Shown one piece after another: positions 1 through 7,110 of a DNA stretch of 27,958 bases. Below the pieces are notes generated by a model that made no database searches, had not been told where the DNA came from, and saw nothing but the letters and a program-made list of their open reading frames with translations. Location of the stretch: the NCBI GenBank assembly GCA_964366295.1, contig CAYITH010000001.1, positions 1 through 27,958 of the forward strand, written 5' to 3'. Within the stretch, counting starts at the first letter, position 1. Each line of letters starts with the position of its first letter. A program made the translations under genes and the position numbers. This DNA is from Candidatus Woesearchaeota archaeon. Its GTDB lineage: Archaea; Nanobdellota; Nanobdellia; Pacearchaeales; GW2011-AR1.

Positions 1-1056
1 ACTATAGGGCTTCTTGACGGAAAGCAGATTAATGTCTTAAGAAAAATGACTTCTGGAGTTCCTGGAAAAATAAGGGCAGGGGGACAATGCTTAGCTCCAG
101 ATACCCTTGTTAATGTAGAAAATAAAGGGCATATTAAGATAGAAGAAATTGAAGAAAGTGACAATATACTGGGGATTAATTTTGAGGATATGAGTCAAGT
201 ATATAATAAATGCCTAAAAAAATGGAGAGTTAATAAAAAAGAGTGGCTATCTATTTATACCGACAATAATAAAGAGATATTTGCATCATTAGACCATACA
301 TTTTTCTCATTTAAAGATAAAAAGATTATTGAGTTGCCTGCTGAAAAATTATCTCTTGGGAATGCCCTGATAGATGAAAAAGGTAGAATAGCAAGAATTA
401 TCTCAATAAATAACAATAGAATTGAGAGAGAGTTAATAGATTTAGAAGTAGAAAATCATAACTTTATTGCAAATGGACTGATTGTTCATAATTCTTCTCA
501 GCGATTCGAGCGCATCACAGAAAATCTTGCGAAAGAATTTTTCAGGCGAGTCAGCGCTGCAATGAAAGAATGCTTTTTTGACAACAAAAAGCTAAAAGGA
601 ATTTTAATTGGTGGGCCGGTTCCGACAAAAGAAGAATTCCTAAAGGAAGGCGAGTTAGTTACAACTTTGAAGGATAAGGTTCTTGCTGTGAAAGATTTGG
701 GAAATACTGATGAATCCGGATTGGAAGATCTTGTGAACTTGTCGCAGGACATATTGGCACAACAGGAAATTATACATGAAAAAAAGGCGCTGGAAGAATT
801 TTTCTTCACGCTCGGAAAAGAACCCGACAAAGCAGCTTACAAGGAAGAAGATGTCCGCAAGGCGTTAGAATACGGCGCTGTTCGCAAGATTATATTATCA
901 AAAAAACTTGAAAAGAGCAAACTGAAAGAGTTTATGGAAAAGGCAAATGAGATTTCTGCAGAATTTGAGATAGTTTCAATAGAAACTCCAGAAGGCCAGC
1001 AATTCTGGAACCTCGGCGGAATTGGAGCTTTGTTGAGATATGGGATTGGAAAGTGA
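1..1056 (+). CDS. prf1: Peptide chain release factor aRF1 (eRF1 family), 5'-truncated by the window edge, intein-containing
   Basis: The frame is open from base 1 (TIGLLDGKQINVLRKMTSGVPGKIRAGGQ), so the track's Met at 46 is internal. GGQ-[intein]-SSQRFERI reconstitutes the GGQS..RF motif. ILIGGP in domain 2 and the C-terminal LGGIGALLRY are typical of aRF1. Confidence 0.96.
   Translation, partial: TIGLLDGKQINVLRKMTSGVPGKIRAGGQCLAPDTLVNVENKGHIKIEEIEESDNILGINFEDMSQVYNKCLKKWRVNKKEWLSIYTDNNKEIFASLDHTFFSFKDKKIIELPAEKLSLGNALIDEKGRIARIISINNNRIERELIDLEVENHNFIANGLIVHNSSQRFERITENLAKEFFRRVSAAMKECFFDNKKLKGILIGGPVPTKEEFLKEGELVTTLKDKVLAVKDLGNTDESGLEDLVNLSQDILAQQEIIHEKKALEEFFFTLGKEPDKAAYKEEDVRKALEYGAVRKIILSKKLEKSKLKEFMEKANEISAEFEIVSIETPEGQQFWNLGGIGALLRYGIGK
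88..492 (+). other. Mini-intein (135 aa, Hint domain only, no homing endonuclease) inside aRF1
   Basis: Begins CLAPDTLV (block A), has SLDH (block B, TxxH variant) and DLEVENHNFIANGLIVHN (blocks F/G), followed by Ser+1. Hand count gives ~28% GC (121-480) versus ~41% in the C-extein (541-900). Confidence 0.95.
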
Positions 1057-1090
1057 GTAAGATTTTTCTGGGAAAAAATAGGTCTATGAA

Positions 1091-1117
1091 AAGCTTTATA
1101 TACTCGGCATATATGCC
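1091..1117 (+). promoter_or_regulatory. Archaeal BRE/TATA promoter plus palindromic operator candidate for the first TA operon
   Basis: AAGC-TTTATATA at 1091-1102, a perfect 12-bp palindrome GGCATATATGCC at 1106-1117, and ATG at 1132. Confidence 0.5.
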
Positions 1118-1131
1118 ATATATACATTAAA

Positions 1132-1371
1132 ATGGTACAAGCAGTAATTGATATACCTGAAGAAGCAAATCATATATTGAACATAGTGAAAGCGAGGTAT
1201 AACCTAAAAACAAAAAGCGAAGCTATTGCGAGAGTTGTGCTAGAACGCGGGGGAGAGATACTAGAACCTGAGATAAGGCCAGAATATTTAGAAAAACTTA
1301 AAAGAATGTCTACTGAAAAAGGAATTCCTTTTAAGAATATTGATGAACTAAGAAAAATCATTGAGGGATAA
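1132..1371 (+). CDS. Putative antitoxin, DUF2683-like (ribbon-helix-helix type)
   Basis: The N-terminus MVQAVIDIPEEANHILNIVKARYNLKTKSEAI resembles archaeal DUF2683 proteins. Its stop abuts the ATG of a RelE-like toxin (TAAATG). Confidence 0.75.
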   Translation: MVQAVIDIPEEANHILNIVKARYNLKTKSEAIARVVLERGGEILEPEIRPEYLEKLKRMSTEKGIPFKNIDELRKIIEG

Positions 1372-1638
1372 ATGTACAATTATGAGATACAGCCTTTGCT
1401 ACAAAAAATTCTTAATAAATTATTGAGGAAAGATAAAGCTCTATATGAACAAGTAATGAAAAAGATTGAAGAAATTATAAACACTGGAGATGTTGAGCAC
1501 TATAAAAATCTTAGATACAATTTAAAGGATTATAAGAGAGTTCATGTTGGCAGTTTTGTTCTTGTCTTTAAATTTGACAAAGGTTTTAATCTTATAATAT
1601 TTGAGGATTTTGACCACCATGATAACATATACAAGTGA
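1372..1638 (+). CDS. RelE/ParE-superfamily toxin
   Basis: 88 aa basic protein with KNLRYNLKDYKRVHVGSFVLVF and C-terminal DFDHHDNIYK, coupled to the upstream antitoxin. Confidence 0.8.
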   Translation: MYNYEIQPLLQKILNKLLRKDKALYEQVMKKIEEIINTGDVEHYKNLRYNLKDYKRVHVGSFVLVFKFDKGFNLIIFEDFDHHDNIYK

Positions 1639-1671
1639 AACATTTAAAACTGCCAATTCCAATATTTAGTT

Positions 1672-2886
1672 ATGAGAATAATGGCGGACTTGCAGATACA
1701 CTCGCGTTATGCGCGGGCAACGAGCAAGAACATTACTATTGAAAATCTTGAAAAATATGCGCAAATTAAGGGAATTAACATTTTAGGGACGGGCGACTTT
1801 CAGCATCCACTTTGGAATAAAGAGATTAAGGAAAAATTGAAAGAGGATGATAAGGGAATATTGCGGACTGCCGGAGGGTTTCCATTTTTATGGCAGACAG
1901 AGGTAAGTTTGATGTTCTCTCAAGGCGGAAAAAGGAGAGCAGTTCATTTATTAATTTTTGCGCCAAATGGCGAGATTGCTGACAAAATAACTGCTTTTCT
2001 TGGAAGTAAAGGCCGGCTGGATTATGACGGAAGGCCAATATTTGGAATGAGCTGCAAGTACCTGACAAATGAGCTGAAAAAGATAGATGGCCAAATAGAA
2101 ATAATTCCAGCGCATGCTTTTACTCCATGGTTCGGAATGTATGGAAGTGAGAGCGGATTTGATTCTATTGCCGAGTGTTTTGAAGAAGAAGCAAAACACA
2201 TTCACGCTATAGAAAGTGGAATGTCAGCAGATCCTGCGATGATATGGAGATTAAAAGAAAGGGTGAATATAGTTTCTTTCTCAGATGCGCATAGTTTCTG
2301 GCCTTTTAGATTAGGAAGAGAGGCAACAATATTTGAAATTCCTGAATTAAGTTATATTGAGATTATGAAGGCAATTCTAACAGGCGATGGCCTTGTTGGG
2401 ACAATTGAAACTCCGCCCGAATATGGAAAGTACCACTATGATGGGCATAGAAACTGCAATTTTTCCTGCTCGCCTGAAGAAACAAAAAAGATAAACGGAA
2501 TCTGCCCTGTTTGCAAAAAAGAATTGATTATAGGCGTTGAGAACAGAATTGACGAGATTGCTAAAGAGAAGACCGGTTTTAAGCCAGATAATGCAAAGAG
2601 TTTTTATTCTATATTGCCTTTGCAGGAGCTGATTGCGCTGGCTTATGGGATGCGAATGGAAAGCAAAAAAGGATGGGAAATTTATAATTTATTGATAGCG
2701 CAATTTGGAAATGAGTTTAATATATTGTTGAATGTTTCAAAAGAGGAACTTTTGCTAAAGAAAGTCAATAATGCTTTAGTTGATTTAATCTTGCTTGGAA
2801 GAGAAGGAAAGCTGAAAGTCAAACCGGGATTTGATGGAGAGTATGGGGTTGTGCAGATGCCGGAGAAGCAGGGGAGATTGGCGTAA
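1672..2886 (+). CDS. Endonuclease Q family protein (PHP domain plus Zn finger)
   Basis: DLQIHSRYARATSK, QTEV, PAHAFTPWFG, ESGMSADP, SDAHS, LGRE, GKYHYDGHRNC...CPVC and C-terminal PGFDGEYG. Confidence 0.88.
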   Translation: MRIMADLQIHSRYARATSKNITIENLEKYAQIKGINILGTGDFQHPLWNKEIKEKLKEDDKGILRTAGGFPFLWQTEVSLMFSQGGKRRAVHLLIFAPNGEIADKITAFLGSKGRLDYDGRPIFGMSCKYLTNELKKIDGQIEIIPAHAFTPWFGMYGSESGFDSIAECFEEEAKHIHAIESGMSADPAMIWRLKERVNIVSFSDAHSFWPFRLGREATIFEIPELSYIEIMKAILTGDGLVGTIETPPEYGKYHYDGHRNCNFSCSPEETKKINGICPVCKKELIIGVENRIDEIAKEKTGFKPDNAKSFYSILPLQELIALAYGMRMESKKGWEIYNLLIAQFGNEFNILLNVSKEELLLKKVNNALVDLILLGREGKLKVKPGFDGEYGVVQMPEKQGRLA

Positions 2887-2887
2887 A

Positions 2888-3142
2888 ATGATAAATAGGA
2901 TAATCAAATTTATCACAAAGAAGAAGAAAGAGGGTGATTGTCTATTTTGCAAGAAAAAATTTATAAGTGAAAGATATATATCCTATTATCAAGGCATAGG
3001 ATTTATCAATGTTGCAGATTGTTATTGTTCAAATAAATGTAAAATGGCAATGAGTAAAGCAATCAAAAGATGTTTTAATAGAAAATGGTTATCCAGACAA
3101 GAAAGATTAGCAGTTAATAGTTTAAGATACATTGACTTCTAA
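2888..3142 (+). CDS. Small basic hypothetical protein with a CxxC...CYCSxxC putative zinc finger (84 aa)
   Basis: ATG at 2888 lies one base after the EndoQ stop (TAA-A-ATG). Contains CLFC and CYCSNKC. AT-rich. Confidence 0.55.
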   Translation: MINRIIKFITKKKKEGDCLFCKKKFISERYISYYQGIGFINVADCYCSNKCKMAMSKAIKRCFNRKWLSRQERLAVNSLRYIDF

Positions 3143-4167
3143 CAATCAACCATCTCCTCAATCTTCTTCTTAAAAATATCAAGCGAATGAGCAGGAACTT
3201 GCGCGCCTGTTGCGTTTTCGTGGCCGCCGCCGGTTGCGCTTTCTATGCCGTTAATAGCTTTTAGAGTTATGTCGCGGGCTTTTTTTCCTCTAACAGATAT
3301 ATTCACTTTTTCACCTTTAATATAACACACTACTACAAGTGAATTAGGATATAAATATGAGAGTTCATTTGATATGTCTGCTGAAATGCTTAAATCTCCA
3401 GAGTATTCAAAAAACAAAAGATTCCCATTTATTGATGACTTTGCTTTTTCCACCAGCTTCTGGTATTTTTTGTTTATTTCTTCGTACCTTTCCAACATAT
3501 GCTCTGAGGAATTAAGTATATCATAAGGATTTTTGGCAGTGTAGAGAAATTTGAGCATCTGAATAACATTGCGAGTTTTGTCTTTCAGAGCAAAACTAAA
3601 AATTCTTGCCAGCTTGCCCATTTCAGTTTTATAAATTGCTTCTGCAGGAGTTTTCACAGAGTTCCACAACTCTGAAAAATCTTTGCAAGCTTCTGCTGAA
3701 AAGTCCGGCAAAAAATGGTCTCCGATACATCCAACTAAAGCGAGCCAATCCTCGCCTTTGTTATTAACAATTTTTGAGCAAATGTATGTAATTGGCTCGC
3801 CAAATTTTTTTACATTGTCAAATGAGTTGTAGTACGATAAGTTTTCAAACTTCTGGTTTGGCATGTTGTGATGGTCAAGCCATATAACCGGAGTTCCTTT
3901 TTCATTGAGCTCTTGAAAAAATTCAGGCTCTGCTGTAGGTTTGTCTAATATAATCGCCATATCTCCGTTATGCTCTGCAACCTTTTTTGCATAACTTTTA
4001 TTTAATCCTGGAAAAGACTTTGCAGGAATACCTACGCCGCGAAGCAACCAACGCCTTAAAAGCAGAAACGAGCATAAGCCATCAGCATCGTTGTCAAAGA
4101 AGAATATTGGGTTTTGAGAGCTTTCTAGGAATGTTCTTATTTCTGAAATCTGATGAGCAGTTAACAT
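3139..4167 (-). CDS. DHH/DHHA1 family phosphoesterase (RecJ/NrnA-like)
   Basis: DNDADG motif I, ILD motif II, WLDHH motif III and C-terminal GGGHENATG (DHHA1). Confidence 0.9.
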   Translation of the reverse strand: MLTAHQISEIRTFLESSQNPIFFFDNDADGLCSFLLLRRWLLRGVGIPAKSFPGLNKSYAKKVAEHNGDMAIILDKPTAEPEFFQELNEKGTPVIWLDHHNMPNQKFENLSYYNSFDNVKKFGEPITYICSKIVNNKGEDWLALVGCIGDHFLPDFSAEACKDFSELWNSVKTPAEAIYKTEMGKLARIFSFALKDKTRNVIQMLKFLYTAKNPYDILNSSEHMLERYEEINKKYQKLVEKAKSSINGNLLFFEYSGDLSISADISNELSYLYPNSLVVVCYIKGEKVNISVRGKKARDITLKAINGIESATGGGHENATGAQVPAHSLDIFKKKIEEMVDC

Positions 4168-4257
4168 GCTTGAAATTTAGAAAAGGGGGTTTTTATACAT
4201 TCTTATTAATAATTTATAAATCGAAACATTTAAATATACTAATATTAATTTATAATA

Positions 4258-4491
4258 ATGGGAACAATAACAATTAATATAAATGATGAAACCGAAAGAC
4301 TCTTTCGCGAAAGAGTTAATCAAATTTATGGTAAAAGAAAGGGGGTTCTTGGAAAAGCTATTGCAGAAGCGGTTATGGATTGGGGAAGAAAGAGAAAAAA
4401 TTTAGAAATTTGTATGAAATTGCTTAATGAGGGTGTTAAGATGGGCAAGATAAAATATAAAAATCGCGGAGAATTATATGAAAGGAGTTGA
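4258..4491 (+). CDS. Putative VapB-type antitoxin (RHH/CopG-like)
   Basis: 77 aa with beta-strand-helix N-terminus MGTITININDETERLFR; overlaps the downstream PIN gene by 14 nt. Confidence 0.7.
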   Translation: MGTITININDETERLFRERVNQIYGKRKGVLGKAIAEAVMDWGRKRKNLEICMKLLNEGVKMGKIKYKNRGELYERS

Positions 4492-4885
4492 CACAAATAT
4501 TCTGGTTTATGCTTTTGACTTAAGTTGCGAAGAAAAAAGGATGAAGTGTAAAAAAATAGTTTGGAATGTCTTTAATGGTATAGAATCTGCTGCTATAACT
4601 AATCAAATACTCGCTGAATTTTTTATTGCAGTTACAAAAAAGATAGAGAAACCGTTATCAGTAGATGAGGCAAAAGCTATTATTGGGGCAATACTAAGCA
4701 GTGAAAACTGGAAAGTGTTTAATTATACTGCTGAGACTCTCTTTAATACTCTTGATAATAATATTTCTCATTTTTGGGATGCGCTAATAGCTAGAACCTT
4801 CTTAGAAAATGGAATTAGAGAGATTTTAACTGAAAATACTGCGGACTTTTCTAATCTTGGAATAATGGCCATAAAACCATTTTAA
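4478..4885 (+). CDS. PIN-domain (VapC-like) toxin
   Basis: VDTNILVYA, QILAEF, FWDALIA and ILTENTADF supply the PIN acidic residues. Confidence 0.88.
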   Translation: MKGVDTNILVYAFDLSCEEKRMKCKKIVWNVFNGIESAAITNQILAEFFIAVTKKIEKPLSVDEAKAIIGAILSSENWKVFNYTAETLFNTLDNNISHFWDALIARTFLENGIREILTENTADFSNLGIMAIKPF

Positions 4886-7068
4886 TTATGCACATCAAAA
4901 TCCTCTTTTTCCTGTTTTGTCCTGCATGTCGGATTAAAACAAAAAACCCATGGGCGTTTTCCTTTTGATAGGCGGATGAGCTTGGGAAAACCGCATTCGC
5001 AAAGCTTTCCGGTTTTTTTGATTATGCCGTTTGGAGGAAGAGAAAAAGTAGTTTTGCAGTTTGGATAAGCATTGCAGGCAATAAAACTTCGTTTTGTCTT
5101 TCTGCTAAAGGTAATTGCAAGCTGGCCTTTTTTGCAGACAGGGCAGGGCATTAACTCGGCTTCTTTTTTTTGAGCTTCACGAAGGGCGGTTGTTGCTGAA
5201 AGAAGCGCCGCGCCAATTTTATTTTCTGATTTTTTGAACTGCTCAGCTATTTTTTTTATTGTTGCTTCTGCTTTTTTTATAATCTCTTTTTCTTTTTCAG
5301 GAAGATTTTTTTTAATAACGTTGAGAGAATCCATCTCTTTTTCAAATTCTCTCGTGAGGGCTTCGTCAAGGATTATCTCTGAATTTTCTTCGAGTGTTGA
5401 GACAAGAGCTATTCCCAGTGGTGTGGCTTTGATGCTTGTGCCTTCAATATAGCCTCTGGTGTAGAGGGTTTCCAAAATTGATGAACGGGTAGATTTTGTT
5501 CCGAGATTTCTTTTTTCCAATTCTGAGACAATTGAAGCGGGACTATAACGTTTTGGCGGCTGGGTTTCTTTCTCTTCTACCCTGACTGCTTCAATTTCAT
5601 ACTGCCCGTTCAATGTAGGCAGAACCCCTTCTTGAATAGAAGCAGGATAAATGGAAAGCCATGTTTTCTTTTTTATTGTTGTTGCGCGCGCTGTAAACAG
5701 AATATCGTTAACGAGTGCTGAAATTTTCTTGTTCTCAAGTATTGCGTCTTCACAAAAGCAGGCGAGAAATCTCTTGACAATAAGGGAATAGAGCTTAAAC
5801 TCGTCGCCTGAAATGTCTGCTTGTTCTCCGGTAGGATAAATTGACGGGTGCGCAGGGTCTGATTTTTTTCCTTCTATTGGCGAATTTCTAGTGCAAAGAT
5901 TTGTGTTAAAATCTCCCGATAGCCTCTTTATTATTGCTTGTGGATTTATAGTAGTGGGTATTTTTTGAGATGAAGTGCGGGGATAAGAGATAATTCCTGC
6001 CAGATATAATGACTGTGCGGTCTGGAGGGTTCTTGCAGGAGTAAAGCCAAATAGGCGATAAGATTCTATTTGCAAAGCGGTTAAGTCGAAAGGAAATGGC
6101 GGGGGAAGTGATTGCTCTTCTATATCTGTCTTTACATCTGCTTTTTTTCCTTTTAGGCTCTTGAATTTTTCAAGTTCTGAAATTTTTGTTATGTCTTTGT
6201 TGTGCTTTAGTTCTATACCCTGAATCGTTATAAACACCTGCCAGTAAGTTTCTGGCTTAAACGAGATTATTTGCCGTTCTTTGTCAACAATAAGCTTCAA
6301 TGCTGGGCCTTGAACTCTGCCTATTGAAAGAATCTTGAATGCGCCGGCTGATTTGATTGCGGACATCAAAGCACGGCTTAAGTTTATACCATAAAACCAA
6401 TCAAGAAAATGACGGGTTTCACCTGCAATTGCCTGACCGAATTCTATCGACTGAAGCGGATGATTGAAGGACTCTTCGAGTTCTGGCTTTGTCAGTGAGG
6501 AAAACTTCATTCTTTTTGCATTCTCCTGATGACAGATAAACCGGATTATGTTCCAGCCTATTACTTCGCCTTCTACGTCAAAATCTGTTGCAACTATAAA
6601 TGATTCAGCTTGCTTGGCAAGTTTTTCCAGAACAGAATAATATTTTTTTGTAAAATCAGACTTTGTGTTTTTCTTCCAGGACGGCACCCATTCTATATCA
6701 AAAACAGGCCAGATTCCTCCGCGTTTTTTTTGCGCAAGCGTAAAGAGATGCCCGACAGCGCAGGCAACGGTAATGTTTTTGCCTTCTCTCTGAAGCTCAT
6801 AATAAGGAACACCTAATTCAACATATTTGCGCGGGGCGCCTAATGCCGAAGCTATTTTTAAGGCAGCTTGAGGTTTTTCGGTGATTATTAGTATGCTGTT
6901 CTTCTTTATTGCTTTTTTATCCAGCTTCTTGCCTTGCTTTTCAATTGTGACTAAAGACTCTTTTTTTATTTCTTTTACCGGAATTGATACTGAAATTCTT
7001 ACATTTTCTGGCTTTATCGGAAGCGGATTTTCAAGCTGTACGCTTTCTGTTGATTGTTTGCGAGGCAT
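4882..7068 (-). CDS. topA: DNA topoisomerase I (type IA) with C-terminal zinc ribbons
   Basis: TOPRIM ITEKP and ATDFDVEGE, GRVQ, catalytic ISYPRT, AHPSIYPT, C-terminal CPVC...CNAYPNC and CEC...C..C. ATG at 7068 preferred over the track's GTG at 7074. Carries a ~55-aa Lys-rich N-terminal extension. Confidence 0.96.
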   Translation of the reverse strand: MPRKQSTESVQLENPLPIKPENVRISVSIPVKEIKKESLVTIEKQGKKLDKKAIKKNSILIITEKPQAALKIASALGAPRKYVELGVPYYELQREGKNITVACAVGHLFTLAQKKRGGIWPVFDIEWVPSWKKNTKSDFTKKYYSVLEKLAKQAESFIVATDFDVEGEVIGWNIIRFICHQENAKRMKFSSLTKPELEESFNHPLQSIEFGQAIAGETRHFLDWFYGINLSRALMSAIKSAGAFKILSIGRVQGPALKLIVDKERQIISFKPETYWQVFITIQGIELKHNKDITKISELEKFKSLKGKKADVKTDIEEQSLPPPFPFDLTALQIESYRLFGFTPARTLQTAQSLYLAGIISYPRTSSQKIPTTINPQAIIKRLSGDFNTNLCTRNSPIEGKKSDPAHPSIYPTGEQADISGDEFKLYSLIVKRFLACFCEDAILENKKISALVNDILFTARATTIKKKTWLSIYPASIQEGVLPTLNGQYEIEAVRVEEKETQPPKRYSPASIVSELEKRNLGTKSTRSSILETLYTRGYIEGTSIKATPLGIALVSTLEENSEIILDEALTREFEKEMDSLNVIKKNLPEKEKEIIKKAEATIKKIAEQFKKSENKIGAALLSATTALREAQKKEAELMPCPVCKKGQLAITFSRKTKRSFIACNAYPNCKTTFSLPPNGIIKKTGKLCECGFPKLIRLSKGKRPWVFCFNPTCRTKQEKEDFDVHN

Positions 7069-7110
7069 AAACACTTAATGAAACGCTAATTTAAGAAGGT
7101 ATCGTCCCAA

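Noticed and set aside
2831-2887. Upstream extension of the 103-aa ORF
   Set aside because: It overlaps the EndoQ C-terminus. ATG at 2888 gives a normal coupled junction.
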